The notes beneath the pieces are model-generated. The model had not been told where the DNA came from. It made no database searches and saw only the letters and a list, made by a program, of their open reading frames with translations. From positions 1-56,866 of the forward strand of contig CAZOYI010000230.1 of assembly GCA_964583965.1 (NCBI GenBank): a stretch of DNA of 56,866 nucleotides, read 5' to 3'. The translations under genes and the position numbers were made by a program. The stretch comes from an uncultured Caldisericota bacterium (GTDB taxonomy: Bacteria > Caldisericota > Caldisericia > UBA6126). This document shows positions 10,555-20,896 of the stretch, piece after piece; position 1 is the first letter of the stretch, and each line of letters starts with the position of its first letter.

Positions 10555-10603
10555 AAACACATTTTATGATTGAAAGATTGAAAAACAAATTCATACTAGA
10601 CTC

Positions 10604-11056
10604 ATGAGCTTGTGGATTGTTTTTTTACTATCAATGACCCCAATTGGAGAATTACGCTTGTCTATTCCAAGTGGAATTGGAGCAGGTTTAGCATGGGATA
10701 CAGTTTTTTTCATCTCTATCCTTGGTAATATGATCCCAGCCGTTATGATTGTATATACGCTACCATTATTTGAACCGTTGCGGTACCGAAAAAACTTTTT
10801 TTTATGGCGTTGGTTTAACAAAGCACTTTTGCATGCAGAGAAAAAACAAGATTTTGTTAATAAGTATGGATGGATTGGTCTTATTCTTCTGGTAGCGATA
10901 CCTTTCCCAGGAACTGGTGCATATACCGGTTCCATAGTGTCTTTTTTGCTACGAATGAACAAGAATCTTTCTCTGTTATATATATTGATTGGTCTCGTTG
11001 CAGCTGGTGTAATTGTAACCCTTGCTAGTAAAGGTATCATCCATCTTGTGTTGTAA
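10604..11056 (+). CDS. Small multi-drug export family membrane protein (COG2426-like)
   Basis: SMTPIGELRLSIP and VAIPFPGTGAYTG motifs. Confidence 0.85.
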   Translation: MSLWIVFLLSMTPIGELRLSIPSGIGAGLAWDTVFFISILGNMIPAVMIVYTLPLFEPLRYRKNFFLWRWFNKALLHAEKKQDFVNKYGWIGLILLVAIPFPGTGAYTGSIVSFLLRMNKNLSLLYILIGLVAAGVIVTLASKGIIHLVL

Positions 11057-11083
11057 GTAGTAGTTTTATATAAGGAGGATCTC

Positions 11084-12196
11084 ATGAAAAAGTATGCAGT
11101 AGTCTTTTTGATTATTTTTTTCTTGTGTGGAGCTTCATTTGTCGCCTTTGCTCAAACAGATGATAAACCGGATATAATGCAAATCCATAAAGATCATTTT
11201 TATGCAGGAGAAACATATCAAATTCCTGAAACAGAAATAGAACATAATCTTTTCGCCATTGGTTCCACGCTAAAAAGTGAAGCCAATGTTGGAAAAGATG
11301 TATTTATCGTAGGTAACAATTACACACAATCTGGCGAAGTACAGGGAAATTCTTTCCTCTGCGGAAACAAAATCTGGATTGAAAAAGACGTATTTGGAGA
11401 TGTATTCATATTGAGTAATTATGTTGAGATATCCCCTGATAGTACAATCCATGGCAATCTGTTTGTCTTTTCTAGTACTCTTACCATGGGTGGTTCTGTG
11501 AATGGAGTGGTACAGTTTACCGGAGATACTATCAAGTTCACAGGTTCATCTACAGGAGCTGACATTAACGCAAATACCATCATCATTGAAGACAATGCCA
11601 ACATTCATACACTTCGTCACAATAGCAATGCATCGTTTTCATTATCAGATTCAGCTGTAATTGAGAACATAGACTCAAAGCCCATCCCAGAAAAACCAGA
11701 AGAAACAAAAACCCCTCCCAAAAAGACCTACCCCTATCAATCAAAAATTCTTTCACTACTCGCTTCGTTGTTTATTGCCTTTGTAGTGTATTATGTGTTT
11801 CATAAAAGTAGCAAAAAGTCGATTGAAAATCTCAGACAAAACTTTTGGACCTCTTTGGGTATCGGTATTTTGTTTTTGGTAGCACTACCAGTATGTCTTT
11901 TGGTGCTTCTCGTCATTGGTTTTGGTTGGAAGGTTGCAATAGCATTGTTATTTGGATCTATTGCATGCTGGATGTTTGCTCATGCCATTGCAGGAATTTC
12001 TTTGGGATACTATGTGTTTTTTTGGATTACGAAAAAGGAACGTTTTGATTGGTTAAGCGTACTAGCCGGCGTAATACTATTGTATTTTGTTCGATGGATC
12101 CCTATCGTCGGAGTGTTGATTAGCTTACTCTTGACCATCATCATGCTGGGAGCATTCTTGCGAGTAATGTGGATCGAAAATCACCATATAGAATAA
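11084..12196 (+). CDS. Membrane protein with N-terminal bactofilin-like beta-helix repeats
   Basis: Signal peptide, repeated V(G/F)GD(V/L)F units, 5-6 C-terminal TM helices ending WIPIVG. Confidence 0.7.
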   Translation: MKKYAVVFLIIFFLCGASFVAFAQTDDKPDIMQIHKDHFYAGETYQIPETEIEHNLFAIGSTLKSEANVGKDVFIVGNNYTQSGEVQGNSFLCGNKIWIEKDVFGDVFILSNYVEISPDSTIHGNLFVFSSTLTMGGSVNGVVQFTGDTIKFTGSSTGADINANTIIIEDNANIHTLRHNSNASFSLSDSAVIENIDSKPIPEKPEETKTPPKKTYPYQSKILSLLASLFIAFVVYYVFHKSSKKSIENLRQNFWTSLGIGILFLVALPVCLLVLLVIGFGWKVAIALLFGSIACWMFAHAIAGISLGYYVFFWITKKERFDWLSVLAGVILLYFVRWIPIVGVLISLLLTIIMLGAFLRVMWIENHHIE

Positions 12197-12201
12197 AATA
12201 A

Positions 12202-12287
12202 TGCCGAAGGGGGGACTCGAACCCTCACGGAGAGTGAACTCCTGCAGATTTTGAGTCTGCCGCGTCTACCAGTTTCGCCACTTCGGC
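12202..12287 (-). tRNA. tRNA-Leu (anticodon CAA), long variable arm, CCA not encoded
   Basis: Reverse complement GCCGAAG TGGCGAAACTGGTAGACGC GGCAGA CT CAA AA TCTGC ...GAGGGTTCGAGTCCCCC CTTCGGC A. Acceptor stem GCCGAAG/CTTCGGC. Confidence 0.97.
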
Positions 12288-12346
12288 TTGTTTGGTGAAT
12301 CGATATTGTATTGTACTATAAAATCTGAAAAATTAAACCTTTTGAT

Positions 12347-13201
12347 TTATTGCATGCAAATAAACAAAAAGACTGGTTCAATGGAGTGATAGGATGTACC
12401 AATATCAGAAGGAACTCCGTGTTTAGCATTCGGATCAATTTTCATCGTGCAAGGAATTCCAACGTCTACGCACTTACCTTCAAGTGTATACGCCATTGAG
12501 ACAGGCACTATGGGATCCAATGCACCGTGAATAATGCAGGGGCTACATTCCTCTTCGTCAACTTCGACTTCATAGGATATTGTCCCAATTTTTAAGTCTT
12601 CAGAGTGGAATGGCAATAGACCTCCCCATAATGAGATAATTCCTTTAAGATTTTCTTTATGAGACCAATCTCGATCGTCATAAGCGACATGACAAGAAGT
12701 TATGGCTCCAGCAGAAGAACCACCAACAAAAATAATCTCTTCATTAATCCCATAGGTCGCTGCATTTTGAAGCAACCAATCAATAGCACTACGAGCATCA
12801 TCAACGGCTGCCTCAATCACCGTATCCATTGTGAAAGGATAAGGCAAATCCTGCATAAGCCGATAGTTGATAGTACAAGTAACATAGCCAAACTGAGCAA
12901 ACTCAACACACCGCTTTTCCATAGTCTTTTTTGACCCACCCACAAAACCTCCTCCATGAATCCATACCAACAAAGGTCTTTTGGTGATTTCGTCTTCCAT
13001 TGGAGTGAATACGTCGAGTGTTAAATCTATGTGAGTGCTATCTGGTTTTTCTACCGTTTTGTACACAATATCAGATGAAACCTGAATTTGGTCAACAGAA
13101 AATATAGCTTCAAGATAACGAACCTTTTTTTCTTGTCCGATTGCAGTCAGTTGAGGAATAACAAGGAATAATGAAAGGAAGACAGCGAGTATTTTCTTCA
13201 T
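12347..13201 (-). CDS. Exported alpha/beta hydrolase (carboxylesterase/lipase)
   Basis: HGGGF oxyanion motif, GSSAG nucleophile elbow, HGALDPIVP, late His. Signal peptide after GGAGG SD. Confidence 0.9.
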   Translation of the reverse strand: MKKILAVFLSLFLVIPQLTAIGQEKKVRYLEAIFSVDQIQVSSDIVYKTVEKPDSTHIDLTLDVFTPMEDEITKRPLLVWIHGGGFVGGSKKTMEKRCVEFAQFGYVTCTINYRLMQDLPYPFTMDTVIEAAVDDARSAIDWLLQNAATYGINEEIIFVGGSSAGAITSCHVAYDDRDWSHKENLKGIISLWGGLLPFHSEDLKIGTISYEVEVDEEECSPCIIHGALDPIVPVSMAYTLEGKCVDVGIPCTMKIDPNAKHGVPSDIGTSYHSIEPVFLFICMQ

Positions 13202-13211
13202 TTGATCCTCC

Positions 13212-13250
13212 AAAAAAAGCCTACCACGAAAAGAGGATTTTCGTGGTAGG
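13212..13250 (-). terminator. Rho-independent terminator downstream of pruA
   Basis: Perfect 13-bp stem CCTACCACGAAAA/TTTTCGTGGTAGG (13220-13250), 5-nt loop, then T7 on the minus strand. Confidence 0.8.
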
Positions 13251-13259
13251 AAGCAGTTC

Positions 13260-14888
13260 TTATTTCTCAGTCATAAAGGGATAAACAAAGTCTTGTGGGG
13301 GAGAGAAGCATTCTTTGGTATTGCGAATACTTGTCCAGCGTAGTAGGTTAAATTCACTACCGGCTTTATCATTTGTTCCAGAGCTTCTTCCACCACCAAA
13401 AGGTTGATGTCCAACAACAGCTCCTGTAATTTTATCATTAATATAGAAATTTCCAGCAGCATGGCGCAAAACTTTTTCTGCTAGAATGATGGCTTCTCTG
13501 TCGCGTGCAAACACTCCTCCAGTTAAGCCATACTCTGAAGTAGTATTGCATAGTTCCAAAGTCTCTTGATAAGCTTCATCTTTATATATGTAGATGGTGA
13601 TAACAGGACCAAAAATTTCTTCTTGCATTGTTTTGAAATGAGGATCTGTCGTCAAAATGATGGTTGGTTCGATAAAATATCCTTTGGAATCATCACAAGT
13701 TCCGCCCCAGATAATTTTAGCATCTTTGTGATCTTTTGCATAATCGATATAGCTTTTGATTTTGTCAAAAGAGACTTTATCGATCACAGCATTCATAAAA
13801 TTTGAAAAATCCCTTACATCGCCAACTGTTACTCGACCCAATTGTTCTTGAAGTTCTTTCCAAATATCGTTCCATAAAGATTCTGGACAATAAGCTCTTG
13901 AATTTGCAGAACATTTCTGACCTTGGTATTCAAAAGCACCTCGGACAATGGCAGTAGAAACTTCTCTAGGATGAGCAGAGGAATGTACGACTAAAAAGTC
14001 TTTGCCTCCTGTTTCTCCAACAATCCTCGGATAAGATTTATATTTTGATAGATTCTCAGCAGAACGCTTCCAAAGCATTTGGAACACTTCCTTTGAACCC
14101 GTGAAATGGATACCAGCAAAATATGGACTTTCTAATACAAGTTCTGTGATCATAGAGGAAGAACCAGGAATAAAATTAATCACACCATTGGGTAGTCCAG
14201 CTTCGATTAGTATTTTCATAAAGACATAATTGGAGTAGACAGCTGTTCTAGCAGGCTTCCACAATGCTACATTACCCATAATAGCGGGTGCAGTAGGAAG
14301 GTTTCCTCCAATCGACGTAAAATTGAACGGAGTGATAGCATATATAAACCCTTCCAAGGGTCTGTATTCTAATCGATTCCAAATACCTCTTGAGTTATTG
14401 GGTTGTGTTTGATATATTTTCTGCATGAAATATGCATTGTATCGAAGGAAATCAGCAAGTTCGGCAACACAATCTATTTCAGCTTGAAAAGCACTTTTAC
14501 TCTGACAAAGCATCGCAGCTGCATTCATTTCGGCTCTGTATGGGCCTGTCAATAATTCTGCAGCTCGTAAAAATACAGCAACTCGTTCTTCCCAAGGCAT
14601 CACCGACCATGTCTTCCAAGCTTCTTGAGAAGATTGGATTGCGCTCTGTATCTCAGCATCCCCTGCTTGGTGAAATGTCGCTAAAGTGTGCTGATGGTCA
14701 TGAGGACATATGCATTTCCCCAAGTTACCGGTCTTTATTTCTTTACCATGAATGATTAGGGGAATTTCTGAGATAGTTTGATACATCTCTTCAAGTTTAT
14801 TTTTTAATTGAATTCTCTCAGGAGAATTCGGGGCATACGACAAAATTGGTTCATTTTCAGGAACCGGTACTTTGTAGTTCGAATTCAT
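13260..14888 (-). CDS. pruA: 1-pyrroline-5-carboxylate (glutamate semialdehyde) dehydrogenase
   Basis: NEPILSYAPNSPER, AITPFNFTSI, GETGGKDF, FEYQGQKCSA, GNFYINDK.TGAVVG.QPFGG. Confidence 0.95.
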   Translation of the reverse strand: MNSNYKVPVPENEPILSYAPNSPERIQLKNKLEEMYQTISEIPLIIHGKEIKTGNLGKCICPHDHQHTLATFHQAGDAEIQSAIQSSQEAWKTWSVMPWEERVAVFLRAAELLTGPYRAEMNAAAMLCQSKSAFQAEIDCVAELADFLRYNAYFMQKIYQTQPNNSRGIWNRLEYRPLEGFIYAITPFNFTSIGGNLPTAPAIMGNVALWKPARTAVYSNYVFMKILIEAGLPNGVINFIPGSSSMITELVLESPYFAGIHFTGSKEVFQMLWKRSAENLSKYKSYPRIVGETGGKDFLVVHSSAHPREVSTAIVRGAFEYQGQKCSANSRAYCPESLWNDIWKELQEQLGRVTVGDVRDFSNFMNAVIDKVSFDKIKSYIDYAKDHKDAKIIWGGTCDDSKGYFIEPTIILTTDPHFKTMQEEIFGPVITIYIYKDEAYQETLELCNTTSEYGLTGGVFARDREAIILAEKVLRHAAGNFYINDKITGAVVGHQPFGGGRSSGTNDKAGSEFNLLRWTSIRNTKECFSPPQDFVYPFMTEK

Positions 14889-14945
14889 ATCTACCTCCAG
14901 AATAAAGTTTGTGTCTTTATTATATCAAAGTCATGTGGAAAAAAA

Positions 14946-15854
14946 TTACAAATTATTTGTAAATTGATTTTTCCCGATGTTTACCGTCCACAAACTCACA
15001 ATGATGAAAATGGATCCTATCCATTGCAAAGGAGTCATAGTTTCATGTAGTAAAAAATATCCACCCAACACACCCGCTACAGGCACAAAATTTACATATG
15101 TGGATACAATGGTCACACCGATGACCTTTACAGCGTAGTTATAAAACAAGAAGGACAATACTGAACAAACGATAGAAAGATATAGAAAATGCATCCATAG
15201 ATAAATTGGAACTACTAATGTAACTCCGTCTTCAAATAAGGCAAATGGGATTAACAGAAGAAAACCATATATGCTTTGCCATGAAGTTGCGCAGAATGTA
15301 TCCATACGAGAATGCAAATGAGAAGCTATAAATGTGAATAAAACCCAACAGGCTACAGCTCCCAGCATAAGTAAGTTTCCTTTCAATGGATCAGGGGCTG
15401 CACTCGAAGATACCTGTGTAGAGATCAACAAATAGGCTCCTATAAAAGAAATCCCAATAGACGCTGCCTGCCAGAAACGTATACGCATCTTATAGATGAA
15501 TCCTGAAACCAATCCGGTTACAATAGGAATAAGAGCAATAATAATAGAGGCATTGGAAGCAGTTGTAAAAAGAATGCCTCTAGCTTCAAACCAAAAATAC
15601 AAGACTACACCTGAAAGTCCACTAAACAAGAGTATAAGATGATCTTTCCAGCTCAAATGCTTTTTCTTTTTTCGAAACATCAATAGTAGAGAAAAAATAA
15701 AAGCCACAATGCCATATCGGATAGCAATCATGGTCATAGGAGGAATGCCTGCTAACAATATTGCCTTCATGCTAACAAATGACAATCCCCATGAAGCAGC
15801 AGCAATAAGTACTAAAACATTCGCTAAGACGCGAATTTTAGAAGAATATTCCAT
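14946..15854 (-). CDS. EamA/DMT family transporter
   Basis: About 10 TM helices in two repeats. WGLSFV..K and FLLHETMT motifs. Confidence 0.9.
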   Translation of the reverse strand: MEYSSKIRVLANVLVLIAAASWGLSFVSMKAILLAGIPPMTMIAIRYGIVAFIFSLLLMFRKKKKHLSWKDHLILLFSGLSGVVLYFWFEARGILFTTASNASIIIALIPIVTGLVSGFIYKMRIRFWQAASIGISFIGAYLLISTQVSSSAAPDPLKGNLLMLGAVACWVLFTFIASHLHSRMDTFCATSWQSIYGFLLLIPFALFEDGVTLVVPIYLWMHFLYLSIVCSVLSFLFYNYAVKVIGVTIVSTYVNFVPVAGVLGGYFLLHETMTPLQWIGSIFIIVSLWTVNIGKNQFTNNL

Positions 15855-15867
15855 TCATCAGGCAATT

Positions 15868-16386
15868 CTAATACTGTAAAATGTTGGTTTTGTTCAACGC
15901 CTTTTCAACGATGATCGCCAACACACCGCCGCTTAATGCCGTAAAGAGCTGAGTTATTCCAAACATTTGAGCAACTGCGGGTGGAAGAGATACAATATAA
16001 GCTATCGAAACAACGAAAACACCATATTTTAAAATAGATCCAACAATGATGCCTATCAAAGTCTTATACAATTGAACAGTTTTACCACGAAACAAAGAAA
16101 ATACGATGACCAGGATTGCGTTTGCAACCATAATGACAGGTACCATTTCTGGTCTTCCCATAATTCCAGCAACCATTGCGATTAGAGGAGTGATCAGTCC
16201 AAGAGCAACTCCACCCCACATACCCAGTAACATACAAGCTATTAACAACAAAAGATTAACAACTGGACCTGTAATGAATTGGGGAAGTTTAAACATCTGA
16301 AAACCAATTGTTATAGCAATTAGAATAGCTAATCGAACCATCCACTGAACAGAAGAACGCATTTTTAAATCTTGATTTGTACTCAA
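15868..16386 (-). CDS. ECF transporter S component
   Basis: QFITGPVVN..LL, GLITP motif, ~5 TM. Start reassigned to TTG 16386 after GAGGTG (ATG 16362 is an alternative). Confidence 0.8.
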   Translation of the reverse strand: MSTNQDLKMRSSVQWMVRLAILIAITIGFQMFKLPQFITGPVVNLLLLIACMLLGMWGGVALGLITPLIAMVAGIMGRPEMVPVIMVANAILVIVFSLFRGKTVQLYKTLIGIIVGSILKYGVFVVSIAYIVSLPPAVAQMFGITQLFTALSGGVLAIIVEKALNKTNILQY

Positions 16387-16488
16387 TTTACACCTCAGTT
16401 CCAATAGAGTATTATTATTATATAATGGTTTTATGTTGAAAAGGAATATACGAAACAACCAGTTTATTCGTGAGGAATAGATAGATTT

Positions 16489-17751
16489 ATGTCGAGTAAT
16501 ATACGATTCATTCATTGTAGCGATCTGCATTTGGAAGCTCCATTTAAGGGAATTCATATAGAAAATGAAGGGATATGGAAGATACTTGAGGGTTCCACAT
16601 TCCGCTCTTTCGAAAAAGTAATTCAAACTGCAATTGCCCAAGAAGTCGATTTTGTACTCATTGCTGGAGATTTGTACAATTCATCCAATAAAAGTGTTCG
16701 AGCCCAACTTTTTTTTCTCCACCAGATGAAATTGCTAGCTGATCACGATATTCCATGTCTATTTGTGCATGGGAACCATGATCCTATTGATAGCTGGTTG
16801 ATAAAATCTGAGCTTCCTGCATCCACTTTTCAATTTCCACCCTATATCTTTTGTAAAAGCCTATATCGAACTCATGAAGAAAAGCCATATGTAAATATTG
16901 TTGGATATAGTTATCCAAAGAGAGATGTTCAAAAAAATATAGCAAAAGAGATCGCAGATTATTCCCGATCTCTTGATCAGAATACCTTCAATATTGGGCT
17001 TCTTCACTGCAATGTAGGGGGAGATCCTAGTACAGAAAATTACGCTCCTTGCTCTCTTCAAGACTTACTCCAATCAAACATTCACTATTGGGCACTTGGG
17101 CATGTACACACAAAAAAAGTATTGCATGAAAGCAATCCAACCGTTATTTACCCTGGCAACACCCAGGGTCTACATATCAATGAATCTCAAAAAAAAGGGT
17201 TTTATCTTGTTGAAGTTCACGATCAAGAGGTAGACTATCGGTGGATTGAAACGAGTTCTTTTCTTTGGTTTCAGCCTACCCTTCAAGTAGATAGCAGTTC
17301 CTTTGAGGCTATTAGTGAAGATATTATTCAAACTATGATCGAAAACACCCAATCACTACCAGGCATTTTTCGATTTACATTAGAGGGTCGTACCTACCTA
17401 CATCATTTACTCCAAAAACAGAAGCATGAAATTGAAGAGAGTGTCCGGGAAAATCTTGAGCAAGAGAATTGTTATCTAGAGTCAATTAACCTTCAAACAA
17501 AACCTGATATTGATATTGAAGCGATCAAAAAAAGAAAAGATTTTAATAGCTTATTTGTTCATAAGGCTGAGGAGCTTCTTTCTTCTAGGAATCTTCCCGA
17601 AAAGATTGCTGTATTACTTGAAGATATGCCATTAGATAAACTTTTCAGGATGCTTCCTGAAAAGGACTCCTCAATCACTTGGGAACATATTGTCACAAAT
17701 GCTTTATATCTTGGACTTGATCTGTTATCAGAAGAGAAAAATGAGAATTAA
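16489..17751 (+). CDS. SbcD/Mre11-like DNA repair exonuclease (YhaO-like)
   Basis: DLH, AGDLY, GNHD, LLH, YWALGHVH, YPGNTQG metallophosphoesterase motifs. Confidence 0.93.
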   Translation: MSSNIRFIHCSDLHLEAPFKGIHIENEGIWKILEGSTFRSFEKVIQTAIAQEVDFVLIAGDLYNSSNKSVRAQLFFLHQMKLLADHDIPCLFVHGNHDPIDSWLIKSELPASTFQFPPYIFCKSLYRTHEEKPYVNIVGYSYPKRDVQKNIAKEIADYSRSLDQNTFNIGLLHCNVGGDPSTENYAPCSLQDLLQSNIHYWALGHVHTKKVLHESNPTVIYPGNTQGLHINESQKKGFYLVEVHDQEVDYRWIETSSFLWFQPTLQVDSSSFEAISEDIIQTMIENTQSLPGIFRFTLEGRTYLHHLLQKQKHEIEESVRENLEQENCYLESINLQTKPDIDIEAIKKRKDFNSLFVHKAEELLSSRNLPEKIAVLLEDMPLDKLFRMLPEKDSSITWEHIVTNALYLGLDLLSEEKNEN

Positions 17752-20700
17752 ATCCATTTTCATTGACCAATTTGGAGGATATGAAAAGACTACGCTTGAG
17801 ATTCCTCAGGGTTTTTCACTATTCTTTGGTTCTAATGAAAGTGGTAAAACTACACTACGACAATTTGTTCAACAAATGCTTTTTGGTTTTCCCAAAAAAG
17901 CATCCGGTTCAGATCGCATATACTCACCTTTCAGTGGTGGAAAACCATCTGGTACAATAAATATTGTAAGCGATATCGATCAAGAATATCAAATTCAAAG
18001 GCAAGATCAAAAAGTCTCTATTCTTTATCCTGATCAAACTCTTTCCAATAAAGAAATTGATCATTCTCTTTGGAATGGTATTGATAAAGAAACTTTTCGA
18101 CAAATCTTCTGCATGGATATAAAAGACTGGAATGGTTTGTCATTTATGAACAAAGAAGAGATGCAAAATAGATTTTTATCTGCTAGTTTTGGGGTTCGAT
18201 CTTTATCACATGCTCTTCATCAACTTCAGAAACAGTATAAAGAGATACTGATTCCAAATGGTCGTGTTCAAGTGTTGAACAAATTGCATAAAGAGCTAAA
18301 AGAAATCAATAAAAAAATCCGAGATCGGGCGCAACTAAGCTCTGAGTACATCAAGTGGAATGAAGAGATTAGTTCCTCAAACAGAGACATACAAGATATG
18401 CAGCAACATATCAGGGAACTTGATAAAGAAGTATCGTACAGAACGCTATGGAATGATATGAAAAATGACTGGGGTATGTACCAAACACTAAGCAAAGAAT
18501 TAGAGAAGTACCCACCTATTTTCTCTACTCTTGAATATTCAGAAAGCATTCTAGAAAAAGCTCAAGAATGGAATCAAGACATACAAGATTTGTTAGAATC
18601 ACTTGAAACCTTACAAAGAAATATTGAAAAACAACAGCAACAGTACAATTCTATCCAGATCCAATCTGACATCTTAGATATTGCACCCTCTATTCGAGAG
18701 CTTATTGAGAAAAAAAAGCAATTTGCACAAGCTCTTGAAGATTTTCCCTTAATTAACCTGGAAAAGAAAAAGAAACAAGATGAACTCAAACTTATCTTGG
18801 CAAAACTTGACCCACAATGGGATGAAAAAGTGCTTCAAAACCTTTCTTTTCAAACCGCAGATGAAGAATTACAAATTTATCGCTGGAAAAAAGAATATGA
18901 GAAGATTGATCAGAAGAATCAAAATATTGAGCACTCAAAAACTAAACTAAGGGAAGATTATTCCAATTTAGAGCACAAACACGAAAAAATCCAGCAACAC
19001 ATCAGCGAGAACCAATCTCAAATGCTTTCTGCAGAAGATTATTCTGCTACATTAACTCAATATGAGCAGTGCAAAGAGTTTCAGAAACATCTCTCGTATT
19101 TACAACAAAAAAAGACAGAAACATCTGAAAAACCCCACCTTTCCACATCTTCACCCAAATCAATGCTCTTGGTTCTGTATATTTCTCTGTTCATTAGCCT
19201 TTTTGGGGTCACTATTGTTCCCTCTTTCCCTTTGATTCGATACATCTCAATTGCCGTAGGTTTTACCAGTTTACTGATTCTTTTTTTTGTTCACTTCTTC
19301 GTCCACCGAAAGCATCCAGCCATTGATGCTTCGCTTATCCAAAAAGAAATTGAAACGTATTGCAAGGCAAATAATTTACAATTAGATTCTTGTTCATATG
19401 CTGGAATCACTTCTTTGCTTTTTACCTGGGAAGATCGATTGAAAAAACATCGCGAGTTACACCAGCAAATAATTCGATGGAAAGAATTGATACAAGACAT
19501 TGACTCAGATCTTGTACAGATGTCAACTCGCATAACAAAAATGAACGAAGAACAACAGGTAGCTAAGCAACAACAAGAAGACATTGTGGAGCAATGGAAT
19601 CTTTGGAAGCAGAATCATCATCTTTCCAATCAGATCTCAATACAAGATGCAGATTTTCTATTTTCTATCTTGAAAGACACACAGAATACTTGGGCGTCAT
19701 TACAAGAATTCTCAGATCGTTCAGTATTGGTTCAAAAGACAGTGCATGGAATTCAAAAACAACTACAAGACCTTTTTATTCGAATTGGCGAAGAACGTTC
19801 TTTGGATAGCTTTACTGCGGATTCCATTTCACAACTGCAAAAACTATTGTCTGACACAGAAGAGTCTCACCGGCGAAAAAGAGAAATAGAAACAAAAATT
19901 ACGCAAGAAAAGAATCATCAATTAGAAATACTTGAACGCCTTGGAAGCAGAAAAGATCAATTTGAATCACTGTTAAAATCCTATCATGTAGATCATCTTG
20001 AACAACTAGAATCTCAAACAACACAATACAACCAGTATCGGAAACGCAAAGAAGAACAGGAATTGTTGTACCAAAGGCTATATGGAAAAGTTGGAAATGA
20101 AGAACAGTGGTCTGGCGTTTGCAAAACCCTTTCTGAACTTGATTTTCAAGACAATGAAACTCGGTTAAAGAATTGCTTTGAGCAAATCGAAGAAATTAAG
20201 CATAGTATCGATGAAGCTGTTGAAAAACGAGGAAAATTGCAGCAAAAAAAAGAAGATCTTTCTTCTAATACTGAGATGGAACAACTTCATCAAAAAAAGG
20301 AATCAATAGAAGCATCCATAAAAGATAAAGCAGAAGAATGGCTCACCAATGTAGTAGCCTATTCGTTGATTCAAGAAACAAAATCTGTTTTTGAAGAAAA
20401 GCAACAACCTGGAGTTATTCGCTATGCCAGCCAATGGATTCATGAAATCACTAATCATCGGTATCAATTAATGAAAACAAGTGCCGAAGAAGACAACTCT
20501 GATAGCTTCCTTTTATTTGATACAGCCCATAAAAGAAAGACAGAAGGTGAATGGAGTGATGGCTTAGCAGATCAAGTATATCTAGCCATTCGAATCGGAC
20601 TTATTCAGGAGTTAAGTGAACATGGAGAAACACTTCCATTGTTTTTAGACGACATTTTATTACGGTTTGATGTGGAAAGACAAAGAAAAACAGCCAGATT

Positions 20701-20896
20701 GTTACTCAAATTGTCAAAAGAACATCAGGTTTTGTATTTTTCTTGCCATTCGTCACTAATAGACCTTTTTCAGTCTATTGTGCTTGAAGAACCTACCTAC
20801 AATGCTTCCTTTTACTCTATCGATCGTTTTTCTATACAGTCTATTCATCTGGAGGAAAGCCATGAACGTCCACTGGCCGCATTGTTCAACTCATAA
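17741..20896 (+). CDS. SbcC/Rad50-like coiled-coil ATPase (YhaN-like) with two central TM helices
   Basis: Walker A GSNESGKTT, long coiled coils, WSDG..DQVYLAIR signature, Walker B LPLFLDD, FSCH. Confidence 0.9.
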   Translation: MRIKSIFIDQFGGYEKTTLEIPQGFSLFFGSNESGKTTLRQFVQQMLFGFPKKASGSDRIYSPFSGGKPSGTINIVSDIDQEYQIQRQDQKVSILYPDQTLSNKEIDHSLWNGIDKETFRQIFCMDIKDWNGLSFMNKEEMQNRFLSASFGVRSLSHALHQLQKQYKEILIPNGRVQVLNKLHKELKEINKKIRDRAQLSSEYIKWNEEISSSNRDIQDMQQHIRELDKEVSYRTLWNDMKNDWGMYQTLSKELEKYPPIFSTLEYSESILEKAQEWNQDIQDLLESLETLQRNIEKQQQQYNSIQIQSDILDIAPSIRELIEKKKQFAQALEDFPLINLEKKKKQDELKLILAKLDPQWDEKVLQNLSFQTADEELQIYRWKKEYEKIDQKNQNIEHSKTKLREDYSNLEHKHEKIQQHISENQSQMLSAEDYSATLTQYEQCKEFQKHLSYLQQKKTETSEKPHLSTSSPKSMLLVLYISLFISLFGVTIVPSFPLIRYISIAVGFTSLLILFFVHFFVHRKHPAIDASLIQKEIETYCKANNLQLDSCSYAGITSLLFTWEDRLKKHRELHQQIIRWKELIQDIDSDLVQMSTRITKMNEEQQVAKQQQEDIVEQWNLWKQNHHLSNQISIQDADFLFSILKDTQNTWASLQEFSDRSVLVQKTVHGIQKQLQDLFIRIGEERSLDSFTADSISQLQKLLSDTEESHRRKREIETKITQEKNHQLEILERLGSRKDQFESLLKSYHVDHLEQLESQTTQYNQYRKRKEEQELLYQRLYGKVGNEEQWSGVCKTLSELDFQDNETRLKNCFEQIEEIKHSIDEAVEKRGKLQQKKEDLSSNTEMEQLHQKKESIEASIKDKAEEWLTNVVAYSLIQETKSVFEEKQQPGVIRYASQWIHEITNHRYQLMKTSAEEDNSDSFLLFDTAHKRKTEGEWSDGLADQVYLAIRIGLIQELSEHGETLPLFLDDILLRFDVERQRKTARLLLKLSKEHQVLYFSCHSSLIDLFQSIVLEEPTYNASFYSIDRFSIQSIHLEESHERPLAALFNS

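Noticed and set aside
12202-12287. tRNA-Leu as the attachment site of an integrated element
   Set aside because: No integrase, and no duplicated tRNA 3' end was noticed. The flanks are ordinary genes.
14935-14943. Isolated DnaA-box-like TTTTCCACA (minus strand) upstream of pruA
   Set aside because: A single one-mismatch box is expected by chance in AT-rich DNA.
16387-16641. Long N-terminal extension of the ECF S-component ORF
   Set aside because: It overlaps the divergent sbcD-like gene. An SD-supported start exists at 16386.
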